A DNA stretch of 48,292 nt, filler included, from Jimgerdemannia flammicorona (GCA_003990765.1; 2 parts of 2 records of this genome joined end to end with filler, not necessarily neighbours in it), one strand, 5' to 3'; counted from the first letter of the whole stretch, positions 24,099 through 35,612 are shown. Numbers and translations: made by a program. Notes: a model not told the origin generated them from the letters alone.

Positions 24099-24198
24099 NN
24101 NNNNNNNNNNNNNNNNNNNNNNNNNNNNNNNNNNNNNNNNNNTTAATTAATTAANNNNNNNNNNNNNNNNNNNNNNNNNNNNNNNNNNNNNNNNNNNN
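24099..24198. other. Artificial gap/contig spacer
   Basis: 44 N + TTAATTAATTAA (stops in all six frames) + 44 N, exactly 100 nt. Confidence 0.95.
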
Positions 24199-24524
24199 GT
24201 TGATTTGAATCAAATCTGGATTTAATTTATCATATGACAATTTAATTCAAATCTTAAATCCAAAGCCATCTGAATCAACTTAGATTAATCTGAATCACTC
24301 CATCTGAATCACTCTATCTGAATCACCTATCTGAATTACTCTATTTAAACCATCCTATCTGAATTACTCAATCAGAATTACTCAATTCAAATCACTCAAT
24401 CCAAATCACTCAATCTAAATCACTTAATCCAAATTATTCAATTTAAATCCTTCAATCTGAATCTTCATCTAAATTTTCCATATGACTCATATGTCAGACA
24501 TATCTATATATATATGCAAATATA
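24199..24524 (+). repeat. Near-identical duplicate of the hAT left subterminal region (36025-36350)
   Basis: 326 bp colinear, with about five substitutions found by eye; contains ATCTGAATCACTC-like repeats. Confidence 0.9.
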
Positions 24525-25274
24525 ATATATATATATATTTTTTATTATAAAATGAGTAGATAATAGCAGAAGAGTTTAGAGCGAGATGTGATACTGTTAT
24601 GGCGGATATGAAGGTCAGTGGTAAGAGGTCAAGCAGTTATAAACGAAAAGCTTATGTGAATTTTCATGATGGAACAAAAAGTGGAATAAAGTGTTTTCCG
24701 AAGCAAGGTGCAATAGATCTGCAACCTGCCCTCAGTACTACAATATGTGGTGGTCTTTATTCAATTTGAGAAACAAAGTTTGGGTAAATAAAGACATGGA
24801 TCTAACTCCAGAATTCCGGAATCGGATAGGTGCATAAGTACCCGGACCTTGCCCCGATCCAAACAAAGGTCTGAATCGGGCTTTGTCGATCTACACATGT
24901 GATGGGCCATTAAAAACCCGATATAGTAACAATCAGGAAAAGGTACCGGTCACATGATCTAATGTTACATAATCAGTAAACAATGCCAAAAACAGAACTA
25001 GACCAATGATGCAACACGTGTTATCACATGATTGTCACTTATAGGTTTAAAAACCTAAAAATCGTTAGCACCCGAAGGTGCAGGCATCAGGCCTAGAGCC
25101 TTGCGACTGGAGCGGAGTAGAGCCTCAGTACTGGAGCGAGCGAAGCGAGCAGAGGTAGACAGGCATCATGGAGCATAGATATGCAGGCATTAGGCCTAGA
25201 GCCTCATGCCAGAGGTTGTCCGGCAATTTTTTGCATTTTTAAACATCGCACGGCACGTACAAGCGGTACAGTCT

Positions 25275-27281
25275 TCAAGGAGGACTTAGAGCAAAGCTGG
25301 TGTTTGAGACGGCATTAAGAACAGTAAAACCGTTCTTTCAGGCGATAATTGGTCATTGGGTGGTCGCAGGAAAACCAAAACGAAGCAAAGCGGTATATAG
25401 AGTCTTGTTGGGCTGTTGATGTAGCCATTGGGCTGTGTTGTATTAGATGACAAGCAACGGGAGAGGAAAAGCGGAGTGGGGGATGGGGGGGTGGGAAATA
25501 AGGGGAGGAGTGAGAAGTGAAGTTCAGACCTCAAGCCAATCAACCAAACTCAATTGAGCAGTTACAACATCAACAGAGTATCCTTTCCTGTGAACCAGGA
25601 ACTCAGCCAAAAACCGACACTCATCAAGCTAATCACGGCGAGAAGAGCAGAGTAGCGAAAGGCAGCAGGCCTTGTTCACAATGCATAGACAGAGTGTCTT
25701 TCTAGGATGATTGCTCAACCAGTCAACAAACTGAGTACTACGCGGAAACTTAGCAAAGTGGCCTGTGCAGAACGGTGCGACTCAGATTTTCAGGTCTAAG
25801 TAATGGCATAGTCCGGCAGACAAGACTTCCCAATCGATACGATGGTGTGGAGGGTACACGGCAGCAAAGATCAAGGCCAAGTCCATGATCGTGGGCACAA
25901 AGACAATAAGATCATCAATATATCGGCAGAACTTTAGCCTGGCAGCGATGGCTCAGCTGAGCAGATGATCGGGCACTTGCAAGGCACGCAACTCATGAGC
26001 AAAACCAATAAGATTGGCAAGATCCGGAGCACAGTTAGTGCCCATAGCAATACCAGTCACAGAGCAGAAGGAACCGATGGCAGATGTGAATGTTGTATGA
26101 GTCATGACTATGCGGACAAGGCCAAGAATGGCTTCAAGCGGCAAAGAGCCAGGAGGGAAGGCCACCATCGACAAAAAGGTGAGACAGTCGATGCACTCAT
26201 CTAATGTGATCCTGGTGTAGAAGGCGGCAAAATCTCCAGTAGCAACGTATAAACAATCTGACACATCAAGGTAATCCGATCGAACCAATTGAAGCAGTTC
26301 GAGCATATCATGCAGAGGTGAATAATGGGAATAACCCACATTATGGTACAGATGGGCCAACCACAGACGGAGAAAGTGAGATAGGAAACGCGAAATCTTG
26401 GTTATGGGAGAGTTAAATGTACCAATGATAGGGCGCCATGCCATGTGAGCCCCTTTGTGTACCTTGGGTAGAGCGTGAAACATGGGTAGCTTACAATCGA
26501 TGGGCTCCATGAGGTGTTTCCAAATCGGTATGCAATTATGATCGCCGATGCAGAACTCGAGTAGACCAAGAAGGTCTAGCCTCACTGATTCCTTAACGTT
26601 ATCAATCGTAGAGGGATCATTCACGTACGCAGGATCATAAAGGAGGGACCAAAGACCATCGAGATATAGAGCGCACGGTATAATGGCGAACCCCAGATTT
26701 TTGTCAGTAAGACAGACAGTAAAGTCATCATGAGTATGGACGCCTTTGAGAAGGCAGCGGAACTTCTTCGGTATAAGTGCACCGGACACATTCGTCATGG
26801 GTTGGACAGTTTGATTCAAAGTGGCACTCATATGAAACATAATTTGTATATTTTCCATACAGTGCGGCGGTCGCTATCTAGATGGCACCCAGGCAGAAAT
26901 CTCTGGGACATCGTCAGGATTACCCATAGAGGTCCAGAAGGTAGCAAGGTTGAGATGCCATTGGAATGACGACAATGAAATCGGGTCAATGGTACTATTC
27001 ATCAATGCCGACCCAGGGAGAACAAACTTAGGGCCAAAGTTCAGCATATATGTGAGCTCGGGGGTAAGCTAAGGTGGAGGTATATCGATAACAAAGCCCT
27101 CCTCGGTAAACATCCGAAACCGAGGGACAAAAAACTGACTTAATTGAGAACCGGGAAGAGAAGACACGAAGGCAAAATCCTCAATAGGTGTTGAGGCCAC
27201 TACCCTATGTGGAATGGAGACATCGGGGCCAAACCACGCTGCTGGGAAGTCATATAAGACTTCTGGGCTGGGGACCTCTAG
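25275..27281 (-). pseudogene. Penelope-like RT ORF2, left copy (in-frame stops, no frameshift seen)
   Basis: LNFGPKFV, TDKNLG, FHALPKVHK..WRPIIG, TGDFAAFYTRI, GIAMGTNCAPDLANL, RYIDD and HYLDL motifs. No GIY-YIG at either end. Confidence 0.9.
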
Positions 27282-28438
27282 TTTTTTGACGCTAGAGGGC
27301 AGGTATCGCTGGCATTATGCCAGACGACATGACATTTAGTGGCAGTACACTTGTTGTACTGTGGCACAAACGCCCTGGTGGCACTCTTAGATAAGCGGCT
27401 CAAAGTCGACGAGTGGCTGGTCCCGGTGGAAGCAGAGGAAACGGACGGGGAAGGTGAAGCCTTACGCGCTCGCTTGACCCCTTTTACAGAACCCTCCGTC
27501 ACAGCGGGAGCTAGGGAGCAAGGACTCTGGTGGGCCTTCGTAGGCACACCAAGGCGTCCAGAACAGCTACGGCAGTTCGGCGCAACAGAGGCCGAGGTCA
27601 CCTTCACCTTCTTCACCTTTCCCGCAGCCCCCGCAGGCACGGCGGTAGAGGGTAGGGGGGTGGGGACACTCTTTTTCGGTCGGGTGGAACCAGCGGCAGC
27701 AGAAGCAAACATGCATTTGGCACCCGGAGTAACAATCTCGGGGCACTTCCCAAGCTCCTCGACCATGGCTTTGCAGGCAGCGGTGGAAATCCCATCTTGT
27801 AGGGAGGAGGATGCAGGGGCTGTCAGGCGGACGGCAGCAGCAGCGGCTTTGGCAGCGGCAGCGGCGGCGAGATGGCGAGACTGACGCATGACAACGTCAA
27901 AACTATGGAACAAGAACAAGTTTGTCTTGGCCCGGTCAGTGGCAGCGAGGGTAGCGATATTCTTACTAACTCCTTGAGTGATATCAATAGATACACCAAA
28001 AAATTGATGGGTATCGGAAGAACCACCTATGGCCTTGTTGATTTTAGCATGCTGGTCCTTAGCATGCTGGGCGGTGGCATCTTGATCAGACACGGCAGCC
28101 TCAATCGCGGCAGTGGCGTGGCACTTAGCTTCTGCCGAAGCAGTAGTAAGGGCGGCAGCATGCTGTTCCTCAGGTAGGAGGGCAATGGTAGCGGCTACCT
28201 TCTTGGAAGGAGTAAACTTCCAATCGGCAACCTGGGCCCATAAGAACTCGGCGCAGCGTTCCTTCGCGGTGGCAACCTCAAGGGTGGAAAGCACTCTGGT
28301 GCAAGCAGCACGGAAGTAAGTAGGGACCTTGGCAGACGCGGCAGCAATATAGGCTGCAAGGTTGTCGAACTCTGCCAAATCAGCGAAGGAAGCTTTGGAG
28401 ATGGCAGCATCGCCATCTACATTCATATTATCTATCAT
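27278..28438 (-). CDS. ORF1 of the Penelope-like element, 386 aa, uninterrupted; Ala-rich N-half, Cys/His motifs in the C-half; function unknown
   Basis: Open 386-codon ORF with a homologue in the right arm (29655-30815). It ends at the A AAA AAC TAG slippery site overlapping the RT frame. Confidence 0.75.
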   Translation of the reverse strand: MIDNMNVDGDAAISKASFADLAEFDNLAAYIAAASAKVPTYFRAACTRVLSTLEVATAKERCAEFLWAQVADWKFTPSKKVAATIALLPEEQHAAALTTASAEAKCHATAAIEAAVSDQDATAQHAKDQHAKINKAIGGSSDTHQFFGVSIDITQGVSKNIATLAATDRAKTNLFLFHSFDVVMRQSRHLAAAAAAKAAAAAVRLTAPASSSLQDGISTAACKAMVEELGKCPEIVTPGAKCMFASAAAGSTRPKKSVPTPLPSTAVPAGAAGKVKKVKVTSASVAPNCRSCSGRLGVPTKAHQSPCSLAPAVTEGSVKGVKRARKASPSPSVSSASTGTSHSSTLSRLSKSATRAFVPQYNKCTATKCHVVWHNASDTCPLASKN

Positions 28439-28946
28439 GTTGTGTATTATAAAACGAGTAGATAATAGCGGAAGAGTTTAGAGCGAGATGTGATACTGTT
28501 ATGGTAGATACGAAGGTCGGCGGTAAGAGATCAAGTAGTTATAAACAAAAAGCTTATGTGAATTTTCACGATGGAACAAAAAGTGGAATAAAGTATTTTC
28601 CAAAGCAAGGTACAATAGATCTGCAACCTGCCCTCAGTACCGCAATATGTGGTAGTCTTTATTCAATTTGAGAAACAAAGTTCAGGTAAACAAAGATATG
28701 GATCTAACCCCAGAATTCCAGAATTGGATAGGTGCATAAGTACCCAGACCTTGCCCCGATCCAAACAAAGATCTGAATCAGGCTTCGTCAATCTACACAC
28801 ATGACGGGCCATTAAAAACCCGATATAATAACAATCGGGAAAAGGTACCGGTCACATGATCTAATGTTACACAATCAGTAAACAATGCCAAAAACGGAAC
28901 TAGACCAATGATGCAACACGTGTTGTCACATGATTATCACTTATAG

Positions 28947-29146
28947 GTTTAAAAACGCGAAAAATCGCTGGACAACCTCTGATGTGAGGCTCTAGGCCTG
29001 ACGCCTGCGTACCTATACTCTGTGATGCCTGTCTACCTCTGCTCACTTCGCTTGCTCCGGTGCCGAGGCTCTACTCTGCTCTGGTCATGAGGCTCTAGGC
29101 CTGACGCCTGTGCCTTCGGGTGCCGATGATTTTTAGGTTTTTAAAC
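28947..29146 (+). repeat. 200-bp IR-bounded module T at the palindrome centre (other copies 25045-25244 minus, 32849-33048 plus)
   Basis: Bounded by GTTTAAAAACGCGAAAAATCG / TGATTTTTAGGTTTTTAAAC. Contains the internal direct repeat GAGGCTCTAGGCCTGACGCCTG twice and a C(TTCG)G hairpin. Confidence 0.9.
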
Positions 29147-29654
29147 CTATAAGTGACAATCATGTGACAACATATGTTACATCATTGGTCTAGTTCTGTT
29201 TTTGGCATTGTTTACTGATTGTGTAACATTAGATCATGTGACCAGTACCTTTTCCCGATTGTTACTATATCGGGTTTTTAATGGCCCATCATGTGTGTAG
29301 ATCAACGAAGCCCGATTCAGACCTTTGTTTGGATCGGGGCAAGGTCTGGGTACTTATGCACCTATCCGATTCTGGAATTCTGGGGTTAGATCCATGTCTT
29401 TGTTTATCCGAACTTTGTTTCTCAAATTGAATAAAGACCACCACATATTGCAGTGCTGAGAGCGGGTTGCAGATCTATTGCACCTTACTTCAGAAAATAC
29501 TTTATTCCGCTTTTTGTTCCGTCATGAAAATTCACATAAGCTTTTCGTTTATAACTGCTTGACCTCTTACCACTGATCTTCGTATCCACTGTAACAGTAT
29601 CACATCTCGCTCTAAACTCTTCCACTATTATCTACTCGTTTTATAATATACAAC

Positions 29655-30815
29655 ATGACAGATAATATGAATGTAGATGGTGATGCTGCCGTCCCCAAAG
29701 CTTCCTTCACCGATTTGGCGGAGTTCGACAACCTTGCAGCCTATGTTGCTGCCACGTCTGCCGAGGTCCCCGCTTACTTCCATACTGCTTGTACTGGAGT
29801 GCTTTCCGCCCTTGAGGTCACCGCCATGAAGGAATGCCGTGCTGAGTTCTTATGGGCCCAGGTTGCCGATTGGAAGTTTACTTCTTCTAAGAAGATAGCC
29901 ACTGCCATTGCCCTCCTACCTGAGGAACAGCATGCCGCCACCCTTACTACTGCTTTGGCAGAAGCTAAGTGTCACGCCACTGCCGCGATCGAGGCTGCCG
30001 TGTCTGATCAAGATGCCGCCGCCCAACATGCTAAGGACCAGCATGCTAAAATCGACAAGGCCATGGGTGGTTCTTCCGATGCCTATCAATTTTTTGGTGT
30101 ATCTGTTGATATCACTCAAGGGGTTAGCAAGAATATCGCTACCCTCACTGCCACCGACCAGGCCAAGACAAACTTGTTCTTGTTCTGTGGTTTTGACGTT
30201 ATCGTGCATCAGTCTTGCCATCTTGCCACCGTCGCTGCTGCCAAAGCCGCTGCTGCTGCCGTCCGCCCGACAGCCCCTGCATCCTCCTCCCTGTAAGATG
30301 GGATTTCTGCCACTGCCTACAAAGCTGTAGTGGAGGAGCTTGGGAAGTGCCCCGAGATTGTTACTCTGGGTGCCAAATGCACATTTGCTTCTGCTGCCAC
30401 TGGTTCCGTCCAACCAAAAAAGAGTGTCCCCACCCCCCTATCCTCTACCGCCGCGTCTGCGGGGGCTGCGGGAAAGGTGAAGGAGGTGAAGGTGACCTCG
30501 GTCTCTGTTGCACCGAACTGCCGTAGCTGTTCTGGACGCCTTAGTGTGCCTACAAAGGCCCACCAGGGTCCTTGCCCCCTAGCCCCCGCTGTGACGGAGG
30601 GTTCTGTAAAAGGGGTCAAGCGAGCATGTAAGGCTTTGCCTTCCCTGTCCATTTCCTCTGCTTCCACCGGGACCAGCCACTCGTCGACTTCGAGCTGCTC
30701 GTCTAAGAGTGCTGCCAGGGCGTTTGTGCCATAGTGCAACAAGTGTACTGCCACTAAACGTCATGTCATCTGGCATAATGCTGGCGATACCTGCCCTCTA
30801 GCATCAAAAAACTAG
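29655..30815 (+). pseudogene. ORF1, right copy (two premature stops)
   Basis: Same frame and length as the left ORF1. Stops TAA (30294) and TAG (30732) correspond to Gln codons in the left copy. Confidence 0.85.
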
Positions 30816-30852
30816 AGGTCCCCAGCCCGGAAGTCTTATATGACTTCCCGGC
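30806..30852 (+). promoter_or_regulatory. Putative -1 programmed ribosomal frameshift signal
   Basis: A AAA AAC (30806-30812) is in ORF1 phase immediately before TAG. ORF2 is in the -1 frame. A stem GGAAGTC/GACTTCC (30829-30835/30842-30848) follows. The heptamer is conserved in the left arm. Confidence 0.75.
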
Positions 30853-32818
30853 AGCGTGGTTTGGCCCCGATGTCCCCATTCCATATGGAGTAGTGGCCTC
30901 AATACCTATTGAGGATTTTGCCTTCATGTCTTCTCTTCCCGGTTCTCGATTAAGTCAGTTTTTCGTCCCTTGGTTTTGGATGTTTACCGAGGAGGGCTTT
31001 GTTACTGATATATCTCTGCCTTGGCTTACCCCCGAGCTCACGTATATGCTGAACTTTGGCCCTAAGTTTGTTCTCCCCGGGTCGGCATCGATAAATAGTA
31101 CCATTGACCCGATTTCGTTGTCATCGTTCCAACGGCGTCTCAACCTTGCTACCTTCTGGACCTCTATGGGTAATCCTGACGACGTCCCAGAGATCTCCGC
31201 CTGGGTGCCATCTAGATGGTGACCACTGCACTATATGGAAAATATGCAAATTATGCTCTATATGAGTGCCGCTTTGAATCAAGCTGTCTGACCCACGATG
31301 AATGTGTCTGGCACGCTTGTACCGAAGAAGTTCCACTGCCTTCTCAAAGGCGTCCATACTCATGATGACTTTACTGTCTGTCTTACCAACAAAAATCTGG
31401 GGTTCACTGTTATACCATGCGCTCTATATCTCGATGGTCTTCGGTCCCTCCTTCATGATCCTGCGTACATGAATGATCCCTCTATGATTGATAACGTTAA
31501 GGAATCAGTGAGGCTAGACCTTCTTGGTCTACTCGAGTTCTGCATCAGTGATCATAATTGCATGCCGATTTGGGAACACCTCATGGAGCCCATCGATTGT
31601 AAGCTACCTGTGTTTCACGCTCTGCCCAAGGTACACAAAGGGGCTCGTGTGGCATAGCGCCCTATCATTGGTACGTTTAACTCTCCCATGACCGAGATTT
31701 CGCGTTTCCTATCTCGCTTTCTCCATCTGTGGTCGGCCCATCTGTGCCGTAATGTGGGTTATTCCCGTTATTCACCTCTACATGATATGCTCGAACTGCT
31801 TCAATTGGTTCGATCAGATTACCTTGATGTGTCAGATTATTTATATGTTGCTACTGGAGATTTCGCCACCTTCTACACCAGGATCACATTAGATGAGTGC
31901 ATCGACTGCCTCACCTTTTTGTTGACGGTGGCCTTCCCCCCTGGCTCTTTGCCACTTGAAGCTGTTCTCGGCCTTGTTTGCATAGTCATGACTCATACAA
32001 CGTTCACATCCGCCATCGGTTCCTTCTGCTCTGTGACTGGTATTGCTATGGGCACTAACTGTGCTCTGGATCTTGCCAATCTTGTTGGTTTTACTCATGA
32101 GTTGCATACCTTGCAAGCACCCGATCATCTGCTCAGCCAAGCCGTCGCTGCTGGGCTAAAGTTCTACTGGTATATTAACGATCTTATTGTCTTTGTGCCC
32201 ATGATCATGGACTTGGCCTCGATCTTTGCTGCTGTGTACCCTCCGCACCATCGTATTGATTGGGAAGTCTTGTCTGCTGGACCGTGCCATTACTTAGACC
32301 TGGAAATCCGAGTTGCACCATTCCGCACAGGCCGCTTTACTAAGTTCCCGCGTAGTACTCAGTTTGTTAACTGGTTGAGCAATCATCCTAGAAAGATACT
32401 CCGTCTATGAATTGTGAACGAGGCCCGCCACCTTTCACTACTCTGCTCTTCTCGCCGTGATTGGCTTGATGAGTGTCGGTTTTTGGCTGAGTTCCTGGTT
32501 CACAGGAAAGGATATCCTGTTGATGTTGTAACCACTCAATTGAGTTTGGTTGATTGGCTTGAGGTCCGAACTTCACTTCTCACCCCTTCCCTTATTTCCT
32601 ACCCTCCCATCCCCCACTCCGCTTTTCCTCCCCCGTTGCTTGTCGTCCAATACGACATGGCCCGATGGCTACATCAACAGCCCGACAAGACTCTACATAC
32701 CACTTTGCTTCGTTTTGGTTTTCCTGCGACCGCCCAATGACCAATCATCGCCCGGAAGAATGGTTTTACCATTCTTAACGCTGTCTTAAACACCAGCTTC
32801 ACTCTAAGTCCTCCTTGA
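30812..32818 (+). pseudogene. Penelope-like RT ORF2, right copy (~668 codons, in-frame stops only)
   Basis: Track ORFs at 30893, 31298, 31688 and 32414 all share one frame and carry the same PLE RT motifs as the left copy. The C-terminal thumb reads HYLDLEI..KFPRSTQFV.WLSNHP. Confidence 0.9.
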
Positions 32819-33565
32819 AGGCCGCACCGCTTGTACGTGCCGTGCGATATTTAAAAATATGAAAAATCACCGGACAATCTCCGGCGCGAGGCTCTAGGCC
32901 TGATGCCTGCGTACCTATGCTCCGTGACACCTGTCTACCTCCACTCGCTTTGCTCACTCTGGTGCCGAGGCTCTACTCTGCTCCGGTCATGAGGCTCTAG
33001 GCCTGATGCCTGCGCCTTCGGGTGCCGATGATTTTTAGGTTTTTAAACCTATAAGTGACAATCACATGACAACACGTGTTGCGTCATTGGTCTAGTTCTG
33101 TTTTTGGCATTGTTTACTGATTGTGTAACATTAGATCATGTGACTGGTACCTTTTCCCGATTATTACTATATTGGGTTTTTAATGGCCTATCATGTGTGT
33201 AGATCGACAAAGCCCGATTCAGACCTTTGTTTGGATCGGGGCAAGGTCCGGGTACTTATGCACCTATCCGATTCCGGAATTCTGGGGTTAGATCTGTGTC
33301 TTTGTTTACCCGAACTTTGTTTCTCAAATTGAATAAAGACCACCACATATTGCGGTGCTGAGGGCAGGTTGCAGATCTATTGCACCTTGCTTCGGAAAAC
33401 ACTTTATTCCGCTTTTTGTTCCATTATGAAAATTTACATAAGCTTTTCGTTTATAACTGCTTGACCTCTTACCACTGACCTTCGTATCTGCCGTAACAGT
33501 ATCACATCTCGCTCTAAACTCTTCCACTATTATCTACTCATTTTATAATAAAAAAAAAAAAAAAA

Positions 33566-35612
33566 GGCTACAGAAGATAGCCCAGCAAATTATAGGTGGT
33601 GAGCAGAGGGGCTTCATAGGGGGTCAGCTTATTAGAGATAGCACAGCCTAGGTACATGGAGTTATTGAAGATGCTTGAGCCTGTGGACTGAATGGGCATC
33701 TTGTCTTCTTGGACCAGGAGAAGGCTTATGACTGGGTGCAGTGAGTCTGGCTGATGAAAGTATTAGATAGAATTGGGGTTCTGGTCCCATTTTGGTCAGT
33801 GATGGTCAGCCTACTGGAAAGAAGTAGGGCTGCACTTGTATGTAATGAGTATAGAGGGGTAGCATTCTCTCTGGATAGGGGAGTACCCCAGGGGGACCCA
33901 CTGTCTCCCATTTTGTATGCTCTTTCCTTAGAACCTCTAATGGATAGGATCTAGCAGAGGATAGTGGGGCTCTCTATCTATGGAGTTGGCTGGAAAGTTG
34001 GAGCCTTTGCAGATGACATAGTAGTTGGCTTGAGAGTAACTGCGGATGTCAAAGAGCTCAAGAAGACAGTGGAGTAGTATGAGGAGAACTCTGGGGCAAA
34101 GCTGAATTGGCACAAGTGCAAAACAATGGTGCTGGGCAATGGCCTAGTAGGTGGTGAAGTTATTGGAACAATTGTCCTCACTGGAGAGGCAGTGCAGTAC
34201 TTGAGCATCTATTTGTCAGTCTATGGGTCTGTTCTGCCCAGGCTGTGGTAGGAGCAGAGGATTGGAATTTGGGAGGAGGACCTGTGGGGTTGGGGGGGAA
34301 GACACTTCTCTCTGGTAGGAAGGATCTCGATTTTGAATGTATACTGGCTGCCAAAGCTGTGGTATTTGGCTTATCATCTGGACTTCCCAGCCTAGGTAGT
34401 GAAGTAATTGGTGAAGGTGGCCAAGAGATGGATTTGGGCTGGCAGATGGAGTCAGATTGGTTGGGAGACTTTGTCCCTACTAGTAGTGAGAGGTGGTCTT
34501 GGGCTGGTGGACTTCCCCAAAAGACTACACTACTTGAGAGCATGGTGGCTTAGGAGGGTGGTGGAGTTGCATGGAGGGGGCTGGGTTCCCCTGCTGCAGA
34601 AGGTATGGGAGAGGCAGACATCACCAAGAGGCTTGACTGGTGATCTTCTTTCATTAGTTGGGCTTCAGAATACTGTGCAACTGAGATATAAAGGCTTCTG
34701 GTGGAGGATAGCTGAGGGGACACACCACATTGATATTCGCTGGTGAGGGGATGAGGAGGAGAGGGCTTGGGGCCCGGCAATATAGAGATGGGATGGCATT
34801 CTTCTGGAAGGCATGTCTTTACTTGAGTTCAACATTGGTGATAGAATCAAATGCCAAAGGAGACCAGGCCAGGATCTGTGGTCTAGTGGTTAGCAAGGAG
34901 TTGGAATTGGTAAGGAGTGGGACTGACAGAGAGTTTGGACCTGGAGTGCCACAGTGAAAAATTGGATACTGCTGAAGTACTAGGTAGTCTGGTAGTGCAT
35001 ACTGAGGAGGAATATGATGCTTAACTTCTGCTCAGGTCACCTTGTTGTAGGGGGCTGCTTTGACTGCAAGGAGTACCATAATGTAGGGCAGGAAGGGGGA
35101 TTTATGCAGATACCAGAACATTGGCTAGGGGAGTGTGAGGTATTGGGAGACTTTTGGCAGGCCATTGGGGCCTGCTTGGGAGTAAGGCATAGGAGTGATG
35201 ATGTATGGGGGAGGTGGGAGGATCTGAGGGATTGATTGATAGGAGGGGTAGGGGAGGAGTAGATTACTCTAGACTGAGCATTGGCTATTTGGGTTGGGCT
35301 GGCCAGTCACTGGCTATTTGTATTTGAGGAGGAGGGACGACAGAGCTTGAGGAGCTGGCTATCATGGTGGCAGTACCTTATGGAGGATACCTTGACAGGC
35401 TGGTGGCTTGGTTGGGGGCTGCAGGGGGATTGGAGGCACCACTTGGTGGTGAAAATCTATATTCAGAGTGGTGGGAGAGTTGGAGTTGTTGGTAAGAAGG
35501 TGGTCTTTATACATGAAAAGGTGGGAAGGGACCCCCTGATGGGGATCGGATAGTGGGAGGTGATATTGTATACTTATTTATAGACTGGTAATAAAGACAG
35601 AGTCCAAGGGAC

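Larger units (their letters stand above)
24544..28956 (-). mobile_element. Endonuclease-less Penelope-like retroelement, left arm of the palindrome
   Basis: Reverse complement of 29137-33549. Both arms are 4,413 bp, and mirrored landmark coordinates sum to 58093. T6 at 24538-24543 corresponds to an oligo(A) tail. Confidence 0.93.
29137..33549 (+). mobile_element. Endonuclease-less Penelope-like retroelement, right arm; with module T it has 701-bp direct terminal repeats (28947-29647 and 32849-33549)
   Basis: Layout T-U-ORF1-ORF2-T-U-A16. The 501-bp U segment occurs at 24544-25044, 28446-28946, 29147-29647 and 33049-33549. Confidence 0.93.

Noticed and set aside
29127..29150. Telomeric repeats capping the PLE (TTTTAGGTTT)
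   Set aside because: It is a single TTAGG within the IR. There is no tandem TTAGGG-like array at any junction.
28947..29647. Hammerhead ribozyme in the PLE terminal repeat
   Set aside because: No CTGANGA...GAAA core was found by eye on either strand (only CTGATGCC/CTGACGCC and CTGAGAGC/CTGAGGGC). A covariance-model search is needed to exclude variants.
27339..30776. Antisense ORFs over PLE ORF1 (e.g. 27339-27884 +, 29916-30413 -, 30317-30754 -)
   Set aside because: These are shadows of GC/Ala-rich coding sequence, and their boundaries differ between arms.
24544..33549. Palindrome as a pure sequencing or assembly fold-back artefact
   Set aside because: The arms carry many independent substitutions, including different stop codons. 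A fold-back chimera would be near-identical. Read support is still desirable.
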